A stretch of 64,000 bases of DNA from Minisyncoccia bacterium (GCA_049997815.1 JBEKVQ010000002.1:10483-74482); one strand, 5' to 3'. Shown: positions 47,633 through 56,460, counted from the stretch's first letter. Numbers and translations: made by a program. Notes: generated from the sequence alone by a model not told the origin.

Positions 47633-47992
47633 TCAAAATCCACCTAAGCCACCCAGATCGCTGCTTGTTGCCTGCTGGACCGCATTACTCAGCCATCGTT
47701 CCAAAATCACGAAACCTACCACTAGTGAGACTGCGGTGAGAACAATAATGATAATGCCGACTCGCCGTGCAGGCGGATATGAGCTGCGGACATACTTCAT
47801 GCCAGGCCAGAGACCAAGTGGTGGGAGGAAAATACTTAATAGATAAAGGCTGGTTTGCGCGAGCCAAGTCGTCGAGGGTGGTTTCTCTTTAAGATTCTTT
47901 CCGCAATTCGCACAGAAATACCATTCAGGAGAAATAGTTTGATGACACTGCGGGCAGAGAGATTGCATTTGCGGGAGATCCATAGAATCCAT
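47633..47992 (-). CDS. Zinc-ribbon membrane protein
   Basis: CPQC...FCANCG, FLPPLGL, two TM. Confidence 0.8.
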   Translation of the reverse strand: MDSMDLPQMQSLCPQCHQTISPEWYFCANCGKNLKEKPPSTTWLAQTSLYLLSIFLPPLGLWPGMKYVRSSYPPARRVGIIIIVLTAVSLVVGFVILERWLSNAVQQATSSDLGGLGGF

Positions 47993-48117
47993 TTTAACAT
48001 CAAGAGAGAGTCGAAAACAGTCTTATAGAGTGAAGTTGACTTCACTAGAAACCTCGGATATCGGGTGGTATATTGGCGTCAGTAAATCCACAATTTCACC
48101 AGAAAGGAGAATAGGGT

Positions 48118-48321
48118 ATGGCACAAAGGATAAGGAACACCGAAGAAAAGAAGAATGCAGAAATCATCAGAGCCGCGAATAAGGCGAGAAAGTCCTTTTT
48201 TGCCAATCAGGAGAAGACCGTTATAACCAAACTCAAAAAGGATGGTGCTTCCGAAGAAGTGATTCAAAAAATGAAAATCTTCATCGCACAGGGAATGACA
48301 ATCACCGGTGACGGCTGGTGA
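48118..48321 (+). CDS. Small basic hypothetical protein (67 aa)
   Basis: AAAGGAG RBS; upstream TTGACT...TATATT promoter-like signal. Confidence 0.6.
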   Translation: MAQRIRNTEEKKNAEIIRAANKARKSFFANQEKTVITKLKKDGASEEVIQKMKIFIAQGMTITGDGW

Positions 48322-48425
48322 ACAATCCCTTTCCTAAGAAAAGCGAGAGGGAGCAAGAGCGGCCACGCGAGCAATCGGCGTGGCTCTTTATTTCCCCAAA
48401 CCCCTCCCTCCAACCTCCCAATCTC

Positions 48426-48453
48426 AGTTCTAACGTCTTCCACTACGCGACCC
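48426..48453 (+). repeat. Array repeat R4
   Basis: AGTTCTAACGTCTTCCACTACGCGACCC. Confidence 0.92.
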
Positions 48454-48527
48454 ATCCAAAATTATCCTGATAAAATCAGGATAATTTTTGTACTCCAGAT
48501 GGGGACATTTTGTTATACAATGAGTCC

Positions 48528-49154
48528 ATGAACCAAAAAGGATTCGCGCCAATTGTCGTCTTTCTCATCCTCTTGGGAATTCTCGTGGTTGGCGGGGGAG
48601 CGTGGTATTTATCCTCGAAAAACGTTCCGCCGCAGTCGGCTACTTCGGGACCTCAAACAGCAACCACTGCCAGCTCACAACCTCAGGACGCAACAGCTAA
48701 TTGGCCAGTACATACTGATGCAGCAAATGGATTTGAAATAAAATACCCAGCTGATTTTCCTGTCGAAGTGCTTGAAAGTAAGGATTTATCAGTCGATTTA
48801 CCCGGAACTTTTGGTGGTCGCTTCACTTATCAAGAGAACGCCCCCATCTCTTCGTCAACAACCGGAAGGGTCGCTTCCGAGACCGTGGGGGACTTCACAA
48901 TTGATTACTGGGCTCAATATGGAGGAATGGGATCCTGGGACACTGTAATTAACGCCTGGACAAAGCGGAATGGAAACTACTATATTATTTCTCTCAACCA
49001 CGAGTTTATATCCGGGGCCCCAGGTTTTACTCCCGACGTAACGGAAACTACATTGATTAGTAAGGCACTGAGTAATATGCATGACGGCACTAACACGTAT
49101 GTGAATATATTCCATCAAATCCTTTATACTTTCAGATTTGTTAATCCAAGCTAG
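48528..49154 (+). CDS. Exported protein with prepilin-like leader (cassette 5)
   Basis: MNQKG|FAPIVV + hydrophobic helix, S/T linker, W..HT...GFEIKYPAD (PsbP-like start). Confidence 0.8.
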   Translation: MNQKGFAPIVVFLILLGILVVGGGAWYLSSKNVPPQSATSGPQTATTASSQPQDATANWPVHTDAANGFEIKYPADFPVEVLESKDLSVDLPGTFGGRFTYQENAPISSSTTGRVASETVGDFTIDYWAQYGGMGSWDTVINAWTKRNGNYYIISLNHEFISGAPGFTPDVTETTLISKALSNMHDGTNTYVNIFHQILYTFRFVNPS

Positions 49155-49182
49155 GCACACAAACCTCCCCCCCCCGTATCAC

Positions 49183-49230
49183 AGTTCTAACGTCCCTGCC
49201 TGCCGGCAGGCAGGCTTCACTACGCGACCC
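49183..49230 (+). repeat. Array repeat R5 with 20-bp palindromic insertion
   Basis: AGTTCTAACGTC[CCTGCCTGCCGGCAGGCAGG]CTTCACTACGCGACCC. Confidence 0.9.
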
Positions 49231-49301
49231 AAAGAAGATAACCCTGATTTATCAGGGTTGTTTTTATATCCTAAACGGAGTTCGATGTGCCTAACCTTGG
49301 G

Positions 49302-50066
49302 TTACCTGCTCTTCTTGTCTTCTTGAAGCATCTCAAGAGCCTCTTTTACGGTCGTCATAAACTGGGCGGGGAAAATGATCGTAGAATTCTTTTCCGTGGC
49401 AATTTCCGCCATTGTTTGGAGTGTACGAAGCTGGAGCGCGACTGGATGACTGGCAATGATATCAGCTGCTTGCCCTAATTTTTCAGCCGCCTGAAATTCA
49501 CCCTGCGCGGCAACGATCTTTGCCCGACGCTCACGTTCAGCTTCAGCCTCCTTTGCCATAGCGCGCTGCATGTTTTCCGGGAGCGTGACATCCTTAATCT
49601 CAACGGCGGTCACCTGAATGCCCCACGGCTCCGTGTGAACGTCGATCACGTTCTTTATTTTTTCGTTGATATCGATTGTCTGCGACAAGAATTGGTCGAG
49701 CATGAATTGACCCACGACGTTCCTGACCGTCGTTTGGCTAATCTGATTCACGGCATCGTGGACATTCTCAATCGCCACCACGGATTTCTGAGAGTCTACG
49801 ACGTGGTAGTAGGCGACTGCCGCTATATCTATCGAAACGTTGTCTTTCGTGATGATTTTCTGCGAAGGGATGTTCATGGTAACAGTCCGAAGTCCAACCC
49901 TTACCATTCTTTCAAAAATCGGGACGACGAAGATAAGTCCTGGACCACGTGTACCAACGAGACGGCCCAATCGGAAGATGACCCCGCGCTGATACTCTGT
50001 TATCACCTTTATTCCCAAAATCAGAAGGACGACGATGATGAGCACGATATACGTTAGGATATCCAT
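49302..50066 (-). CDS. SPFH/stomatin (slipin) family protein (cassette 6)
   Basis: [43 protein letters not shown]. Confidence 0.95.
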   Translation of the reverse strand: MDILTYIVLIIVVLLILGIKVITEYQRGVIFRLGRLVGTRGPGLIFVVPIFERMVRVGLRTVTMNIPSQKIITKDNVSIDIAAVAYYHVVDSQKSVVAIENVHDAVNQISQTTVRNVVGQFMLDQFLSQTIDINEKIKNVIDVHTEPWGIQVTAVEIKDVTLPENMQRAMAKEAEAERERRAKIVAAQGEFQAAEKLGQAADIIASHPVALQLRTLQTMAEIATEKNSTIIFPAQFMTTVKEALEMLQEDKKSR

Positions 50067-50217
50067 ACGTTCATAATATGCTACTAACGAATTTTAACAA
50101 TAGGGAAATCATTGACGCCTACTCCTTCTCTAAGATAGATCCCAACTTCGTCCCACTCGCAGAGGTGGTTTAGTCCATTCCAGGAACACAAACCATTCTC
50201 TCCAACCCCCCAATCAC

Positions 50218-50245
50218 ATTTCTAACATCCCCCACTACGCGACCC
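50218..50245 (+). repeat. Array repeat R6
   Basis: ATTTCTAACATCCCCCACTACGCGACCC. Confidence 0.88.
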
Positions 50246-50330
50246 AATGTATTGACAAATAGTACAGAAATGTGCTATTCTGTTTTCAGCTAATCAACCG
50301 GATTTTGACAACTAACGAGCGGAGGCAAAT

Positions 50331-51125
50331 ATGTTCCGACAATACAGAAAATGGTTGGTTGTTATTCTGGCAGTCACGCTGGGTGTATTACTTACCATTC
50401 ACCACAACAAGATTCTCGAAGAAAAGAGTTTGGTGAAGATGGCGGCTCTGTCGATCCCATCCAATGTAATCCTCGTTGAGACGGAGAACTTCATCCAACC
50501 GTTTCTAGGAAAGACCCTCATCGAGGTTCCTGTGAGCGAAGAATTCCTGCGGAATGCAAACGGTACGGTGTACTACAAGGTGTATACCCGTCAACCTGCG
50601 TTCAATGGTATTCATGATTGGATTCGCCTGTTCAGTATTCAGGGCGACGAGGTCACTTACAGCGACTGGGACAGCAGGGATGAAATTGTGGCGGTTATCC
50701 CGAATACGGCGGGTCTGCAGATCTACCGATACGAATTCCGTTACGAAAAGTATCTGTTTTGGTCCTGGCTGGCACCTATTCTTTGTTTCGGATTTGCTTG
50801 TGTCGCTCTATATTATTGCGTTCGCATAAGCAATCGGACGTCGAAAGGAAAGTCATTGCCATGCCCGACCCCAGGTTGTGGGGGTACGGCTTTTGATACC
50901 GGCAGAATCTATGACGAATCAATATTCTCGTTGGGTTTACCGATCTATCGGTGTCCAAAATGCCTTGGGAGAGGATTACTGCTCCACGATGGAGAAATAG
51001 ACAGATTCCTCTACGAATCGGGGGGTATCTACTTTTTCAACTTCCTTACGAGGATTTGGAGAAGATTCGTGAGGGCATGTTCTTTCGTTCTCAGATTTCC
51101 TTCTTTATCTAAATCAGGAACGTAG
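50331..51125 (+). CDS. Hypothetical membrane protein with C-terminal Cys motifs (cassette 7)
   Basis: GGAGG RBS; N-terminal TM, second TM, CPTPGC and CPKC. Confidence 0.7.
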   Translation: MFRQYRKWLVVILAVTLGVLLTIHHNKILEEKSLVKMAALSIPSNVILVETENFIQPFLGKTLIEVPVSEEFLRNANGTVYYKVYTRQPAFNGIHDWIRLFSIQGDEVTYSDWDSRDEIVAVIPNTAGLQIYRYEFRYEKYLFWSWLAPILCFGFACVALYYCVRISNRTSKGKSLPCPTPGCGGTAFDTGRIYDESIFSLGLPIYRCPKCLGRGLLLHDGEIDRFLYESGGIYFFNFLTRIWRRFVRACSFVLRFPSLSKSGT

Positions 51126-51246
51126 TCAGGTGTCTACAAACATCAGGACCGAGCAGACCAACTGCTCCCGCATCGCCACCTCGGTATGGTGGCATTTTTA
51201 TTTCCCCAGATCCGGCACACAACCCCCCCTTCAAATCCAGTATCAT

Positions 51247-51310
51247 GGTTCTAACGCCTGCCTGCGCCATGCCTGCGTATGCAGGAGACAGGTCCTCTAC
51301 TACGCGACCC
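51247..51310 (+). repeat. Array repeat R7 with 36-bp CCTG...CAGG insertion
   Basis: GGTTCTAACG[36 nt]TCCTCTACTACGCGACCC. Confidence 0.9.
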
Positions 51311-51411
51311 AATTTATACAATACCCCCGCTAGCTGTGAGTTTTTTATTTTGTCGATGATGTGGGGTTGTATTATGATGTTACTGGTAATTCAATTGAAT
51401 ACTGCCGTTTC

Positions 51412-52104
51412 ATGCCAAATACAATCGATAAAATCTCCGTAGTAATCCCGGTTTTTAATGAAGCCGATACAATAGATGTTTTGCTTCGCAGGGTGAAAAA
51501 CGTTCCGGTTGTGGAAGAAATAATCGTCGTTGACGACTGTTCAACCGACGGGACGAGGGAGATCCTCGCGGAGCTCAAAGAGAAAATCGGTTTTAAACTT
51601 GCGTTTCACGATAAGAATCGGGGGAAGGGAGCATCAATAAGAACCGGTCTAAATCACGTTATGGGTGATTATGTCGTTATTCAGGATGCGGATTTTGAAT
51701 ATAATCCCGAAGAATATCGCATTTTGATCGATTCCATTGGGAAAAATGGAGCAGATATCGTGTTCGGTTCGCGGTTTCTCGGCCAAGCAATCAAGATACC
51801 GTTTTTATATAATGCAGGGAACAGATTCTTAACATCCATCACGAACTTATTTTTTGGTTCGGAGCTGACCGACATGGAGACGTGCTACAAGCTTCTGCCC
51901 GTTAGTTTTCTTAAAACAATCGAACTCGAATCCGACCGTTTTGATTTTGAACCGGAAATCACGGCCAAAATACTGAAATCCGGCCTCAAAATCAAGGAAG
52001 TCCCCATAAGTTATTCAAGCAGAAGCAAGAAGGAAGGTAAAAAACTGACCTGGAAAGACGGCCTTTCGGCGGTTAGAACTCTGTTTAAATGTCGATTTAA
52101 TTAA
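51412..52104 (+). CDS. Glycosyltransferase family 2 (polyprenol-phosphate glycosyltransferase-like)
   Basis: SVVIPVFNE, VDDCSTDGT, NRGKG, QDADFEY, GSRF, TDMETCYK. Confidence 0.95.
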   Translation: MPNTIDKISVVIPVFNEADTIDVLLRRVKNVPVVEEIIVVDDCSTDGTREILAELKEKIGFKLAFHDKNRGKGASIRTGLNHVMGDYVVIQDADFEYNPEEYRILIDSIGKNGADIVFGSRFLGQAIKIPFLYNAGNRFLTSITNLFFGSELTDMETCYKLLPVSFLKTIELESDRFDFEPEITAKILKSGLKIKEVPISYSSRSKKEGKKLTWKDGLSAVRTLFKCRFN

Positions 52105-52117
52105 TATCTAGCATCGC

Positions 52118-53794
52118 GTGGATAATAAGAAAATAAAAAGAAACTTATTACGCACTCTATTCATTGTCGGTCTATTGGCAATCGGCATTTTCATTTTCTT
52201 TCGGCCGATGATTTTGTCCGGCTTCCGATATTCCCAGCAGGATACCGGCGACTCCGTATTTAACAATCTCCTTCTCGAGCATTCTTTTCAGGTCGTTTTC
52301 AATCACTCGTATCTTGGTACCGCATGGTCCCCGATATTTTACTATCCCCAGGGAAATGTTTTGGCGTACTCCGATAATTTGTGGGGCAGTGCGCCGATTT
52401 ATTGGCTCGCCAGGGCTTTTTTCACTCCTGAGACGGCATTTCAAATCTGGATGATTGTTGTTGCCATCTTAAATTTTTTCGCCTTTTATCTTTTGGCACG
52501 GAGCTTGAAAATGAATACTTGGTTTTCCGGTTTTGGTTCGTTTCTTTTCGCTTTTTGCCTGCCCCGTTTGGGGCAAATAGGACATCAGCAGCTTTTGCCC
52601 CAATTCTATTCGGCACTCGCCCTGTTCTTTCTGTTCAAGTTCATTCAGGAGAAAAAGTTCAAACACTTTTTGTTTTTTGAGATCTGTGTTTATCTTCAGG
52701 TCCTGGCTGGTATATATTTGGGCTGGTTTCTCCTACTCTCCTTGCCCGTTTTAATTCTCGTCGGCAAACTTTTCTACAAAGATAAGTTCTCCCTTAGACC
52801 GTTTTTGGATTACAGAATATTGATATCGGTTCTAGTATTTTTTGCCGTTTTGGCGGTTACCCTTTCCCCTTATTATTCCGCGCAAAAAGAAATCGGCCCA
52901 CGTTCCTATAGCGAGGTGGAGACACTGATTCCCGGCGTTCGCTCTTACGTGAATATCGCTTCAACCAGCATTTTGTACAATCTCTATCCGCCACAATTGG
53001 AAACTGCGACACAGAACATTCCGGTGAGATACGAGAATTATTTATTTTTGGGATTCTTCGTTTACTTTTTACTTTTGGTCTCCATTGTCGGGTTCGTTCT
53101 TATCCGTAGAAAATATCCGGATAAAACTTTCTGGCCGCCATCTTTCGTCGTCGGCTTCACACTCTTCGCCATCATTACGCTCATATCCCTGCGAATACCT
53201 TTCACCGATTACAGCTTTTGGGTGAACGTTTATAAATTCGTTCCCGGCGCCGGAGCCATCCGCGCGGTGATTAGGGCTTGGACCATCTCTTATCTGTTTC
53301 TATTTCTGGCAATCATGGGTTTGGCTTCCTTGGTTTATTCGAGATCCTCATCAAGGATTTTCAAGGTGCTTCTGGTGGCAATCGGATTGATTGCCTGTCT
53401 TGAACAAATAGATATCAACCCCCGTTATTTTGATCTGGCTAAAGAGCGGGTAATCCAGACCCAGATAGAACAGGCGGTCTCCGCGGCGGTGCGGGAAAAC
53501 AAGATAGATGCCTTTTATCTGCGGTGGGGCGAGAATCAATGGTTCTTTGACTACGAATTGAAAGCGATGTGGGCTAGTATGGATCTGAACGTTCCCACCA
53601 TTGACGGTTATACCGGAAATCTTCCCATGGGATATAAGAGCCTGGTTGATACACTTAGCGACCGCGACATCAGCGACTGGCTGAGGTTTAAAGGTGTGAC
53701 CCCGCTGTCCCGGAAAATACTAATCCTTGATTCCTCGGTTAACGGAGAGGAATTTACGATAGATAAAGCAGAGATTTTGTCTCTGCCCTTTTAG
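52118..53794 (+). CDS. Multi-pass membrane protein, GT-C-like glycosyltransferase candidate
   Basis: ~12 TM segments, YYPQ..LAYSD, IDGYTG; follows GT2 gene. Confidence 0.7.
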   Translation: MDNKKIKRNLLRTLFIVGLLAIGIFIFFRPMILSGFRYSQQDTGDSVFNNLLLEHSFQVVFNHSYLGTAWSPIFYYPQGNVLAYSDNLWGSAPIYWLARAFFTPETAFQIWMIVVAILNFFAFYLLARSLKMNTWFSGFGSFLFAFCLPRLGQIGHQQLLPQFYSALALFFLFKFIQEKKFKHFLFFEICVYLQVLAGIYLGWFLLLSLPVLILVGKLFYKDKFSLRPFLDYRILISVLVFFAVLAVTLSPYYSAQKEIGPRSYSEVETLIPGVRSYVNIASTSILYNLYPPQLETATQNIPVRYENYLFLGFFVYFLLLVSIVGFVLIRRKYPDKTFWPPSFVVGFTLFAIITLISLRIPFTDYSFWVNVYKFVPGAGAIRAVIRAWTISYLFLFLAIMGLASLVYSRSSSRIFKVLLVAIGLIACLEQIDINPRYFDLAKERVIQTQIEQAVSAAVRENKIDAFYLRWGENQWFFDYELKAMWASMDLNVPTIDGYTGNLPMGYKSLVDTLSDRDISDWLRFKGVTPLSRKILILDSSVNGEEFTIDKAEILSLPF

Positions 53795-53825
53795 CGCGGG
53801 CGCTTTTGTTGGATAATATTTGAAT

Positions 53826-54533
53826 ATGGCACTTTCGGATAAACAAATTTTGGAGGAGATGAAAGGGGGTGATATTTCCATTCACCCCTTCAACCGAGCC
53901 AATCTCAGTACTTCGAGTTACGATGTGACACTAGGTAAATACTACTTCCGGGAAAGAGGCTCGAAGTATCACATGCCTATCTACAACATTTGGAGCAAGG
54001 CCCACACGGACCATGTCTGGGGCACCAAGCCGTTCGTTGCGGAATCGGCGGAGAAAGTTTTCAAGAAACTTAATTTCTCATGGACGGGTCTTTCGCCGGA
54101 GGACAAGATAATTCTCCTCGATCCGGGAGAGACGATTCTCGCCCACACCAACGAATTCATCGGCGGCAGGAATCACGTTACCACTATGATGAAGGCGCGT
54201 TCCTCGATGGGAAGGAACTTCATCGAGGTGTGCAAATGCGCCGGCTGGGGAGACGTGGGGTACGTGAATCGCTGGACGATGGAGATAACGAACAATTCTT
54301 CGCACTATGCGATACCGCTCGTGGTGGGCAGGCGCATTGCGCAGATAATATTCTTCGAAACCGGGCCGATCTTGGGCAGCGATTACACGAAGAGCGGCAA
54401 GTACGGCAAGAGTGCCGATTTGAAAGAAACGATAAGGAATTGGAAGCCGAAGATGATGCTTCCGAAGTTGTATGAGGATAGAGACATAAAAACCGGGAAG
54501 GTTTCCGAGAAAAGAAATTCGCGGAGGGTATGA
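53826..54533 (+). CDS. dcd: dCTP deaminase
   Basis: LSDKQI, SSYDVTLG, PGETILA.T.E, ARSS.GR, D.GY, RIAQ. Confidence 0.9.
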   Translation: MALSDKQILEEMKGGDISIHPFNRANLSTSSYDVTLGKYYFRERGSKYHMPIYNIWSKAHTDHVWGTKPFVAESAEKVFKKLNFSWTGLSPEDKIILLDPGETILAHTNEFIGGRNHVTTMMKARSSMGRNFIEVCKCAGWGDVGYVNRWTMEITNNSSHYAIPLVVGRRIAQIIFFETGPILGSDYTKSGKYGKSADLKETIRNWKPKMMLPKLYEDRDIKTGKVSEKRNSRRV

Positions 54534-55078
54534 TGAAAACCAAGTTTTTCACCGGCCAGGGCGACAAGGGTCAAAGCGCATTCGGGAAGAAAAAGCTTCC
54601 TAAGGATAACGCGCTTTTCGATTTGCTCGGAGATTTGGATGAGTTGAACTCATGGATTGGATTTGCGCGCGTCGAGGCAAAGAAAGATATGGGTGAAATC
54701 TTGAAAATGGTTCAGCAGGACCTTTTCGTCATTCAAGCCGAGGCGGCGGTTACCGGATTCGGTTACGAGGCCAGGGGTTTCAGCAAGATCGATGCCGGAA
54801 GAACGAGAAACATCGAAAGAATAATTGAAGCGCTCGACAAAAAACTCCCGCCAATCCGCAAATTCATCCTGCCGGGTGGAAGTGAACTCTCGGCGCGTCT
54901 GGATATTGCGCGGGTGATCGCTCGGCGGGCGGAGAGAGCGGCGGTAAGGTTCAACCGAACCAAAAAACTTTCACCAGAATTGCTTCAATTCCTGAACCGG
55001 CTCTCCAGCCTGTTCTTCGCGCTCGCCCGGTACGCCAATCGCAAGAAGGGCGTAAAGGAGGAGAATCCGAAGTACTAA
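54530..55078 (+). CDS. Cob(I)alamin adenosyltransferase (PduO-type)
   Basis: TGQGDKG, GDLDELNS, FILPGG, ARRAER, NRLSS. Confidence 0.92.
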   Translation: MMKTKFFTGQGDKGQSAFGKKKLPKDNALFDLLGDLDELNSWIGFARVEAKKDMGEILKMVQQDLFVIQAEAAVTGFGYEARGFSKIDAGRTRNIERIIEALDKKLPPIRKFILPGGSELSARLDIARVIARRAERAAVRFNRTKKLSPELLQFLNRLSSLFFALARYANRKKGVKEENPKY

Positions 55079-55095
55079 TGGTGTAAAATAATAAT

Positions 55096-55581
55096 ATGCT
55101 TACCTTAGAAGAAATGTTGTTGCGTTTGGGGCTCGCAATCCTCTTGGGTCTCATTGTGGGACTGGAGCGAGAGATTGCCGGAAAGGAGGCGGGCCTCCGG
55201 ACCGACATGATGGTTGCGGCCGGCTCGGCGATATTCGCTATCGTCGGCGTCACACTGCCGTACCTCGTGGCCGTATCACCCGAGAACCTGCCCGATGTCA
55301 TCGCCCGGAATAGCGGGTTCCTGACTGTGATAGCGAACGTGGTTGTAGGCGTGGGTTTTTTGGGAGCGGGAATCATCGTGAAACACGGCGTCCATGTGCG
55401 CGGGCTTACCACGGCGGCCACAATTTGGTTCGTATCCGCCATCGGAATTTTGTGCGGTATCGGCCTTACCAATTTTGCCATTATCTCGGCTATAGGTATC
55501 ACAGTCATTCTGGAGCTCCTGCGCCGGAGCAATCTTCATGGATTTTCCGGTAAAGGAGGGGAGAGTGACCCCGAAAGATAG
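55096..55581 (+). CDS. MgtC/SapB family protein
   Basis: GLERE, AGLRT, GVGFLGAG, GLTTAA.IW. Confidence 0.93.
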   Translation: MLTLEEMLLRLGLAILLGLIVGLEREIAGKEAGLRTDMMVAAGSAIFAIVGVTLPYLVAVSPENLPDVIARNSGFLTVIANVVVGVGFLGAGIIVKHGVHVRGLTTAATIWFVSAIGILCGIGLTNFAIISAIGITVILELLRRSNLHGFSGKGGESDPER

Positions 55582-55587
55582 CGGAGC

Positions 55588-56175
55588 ATGAGTGGAGAGA
55601 AATTTATTCCGGAAGAGGGCGTCAGCTACTCGGCGGGCACGGCCTACATTTGGTTCAGGGACAAAGAGCCGCAGTTGCTTTTGGTTTTGCAGAAAGCCGG
55701 AGAGAAGAATACCCAGAAAACCGGAGAGGTTTTTATAGAGGAAAAAGTTTGGAAGATGCCGATGGGCCACTTTGACCCGCAAAAGGACGAGGACCTTGTC
55801 GCGACGGCGCTTCGGGAATTCGGAGAAGAATCCGGCCTGACTTTCGATAAAAAGCTCATTGACCCGGCGCTCTCGGTCGCGTTGCGCATTCCATCGGAGC
55901 GGCCTGGCGCCCAATTCCATGAGGACAGGTTTTTTCTCATCGTAACGGAAGAAGAATTGAAACCGGCCGACGGTACGGTTAGGGATGAAGCGATAGAAAG
56001 AGCGAAGTTCTTTTCTTTGAAGAAATTGCCGGACGGGAAAACGGAAGAATCCGAGGGCGCGATGCTTTCTTGGGGCCACCGGAAAAAGCTGATGAAATTG
56101 CTCGTGGCCTGCGAAGAAAATCCGAAAGGCAAAGAGATAGTGGAAAATTTATTGAAAAGCCTTTCGGAGAAATAA
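55588..56175 (+). CDS. NUDIX hydrolase
   Basis: PMG...TALREFGEESG Nudix box. Confidence 0.85.
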   Translation: MSGEKFIPEEGVSYSAGTAYIWFRDKEPQLLLVLQKAGEKNTQKTGEVFIEEKVWKMPMGHFDPQKDEDLVATALREFGEESGLTFDKKLIDPALSVALRIPSERPGAQFHEDRFFLIVTEEELKPADGTVRDEAIERAKFFSLKKLPDGKTEESEGAMLSWGHRKKLMKLLVACEENPKGKEIVENLLKSLSEK

Positions 56176-56460
56176 AAAGCCCCCCGAGTGGTTATTCGGA
56201 GGGTTGGATCTTGGTTTTGTTTCTGCAATAGCAGAAACACTTGAGAGAACGGAATTCCCATTGATCTGTGGACCAGGTTGAAATGGTTTTGGGACCGTAT
56301 GCGCTGCAGCACATAAGTCGCCGAAACAGAACCCTAATTATATGGAATTAGTCCGGTGTCTCTCACCACTAGTTTTATTAATTCACTAATGTCATGTTAG
56401 CATTTAATTTAAATAAAGTCAATATCCAAAAACGCAGATAAAACCTATATAATTCAAGCT

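Larger units (their letters stand above)
43757..51310. mobile_element. tRNA-His-anchored tandem gene-cassette array delimited by 28-bp direct repeats (no integrase in window)
   Basis: Seven co-oriented repeats spaced 0.6-1.6 kb apart, each interval holding 1-3 unrelated genes in mixed orientation. Confidence 0.75.

Noticed and set aside
48264-48455. ORFs 48264-48455 and 51109-51321 (GRVVED...) as real genes
   Set aside because: They are read-throughs of array repeats R4 and R7 with no RBS; they are treated as repeat-encoded remnants.
44899-51310. CRISPR array interpretation of the 28-bp repeats
   Set aside because: The intervals are 0.6-1.6 kb and contain whole genes; no cas genes are in the window.
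44899-51310. Classical integron attC sites (TCTAAC / GTTAGA resembles R boxes)
   Set aside because: There is no paired R''/R' with internal L-box palindrome, cassette genes face both ways, and no intI is present.
55276-56312. Long antisense ORFs (55276-56079, 55644-56312, and similar ones opposite clpB, rny, rnj and the ABC genes)
   Set aside because: They are shadows of well-supported genes on the opposite strand and have no recognisable motifs.
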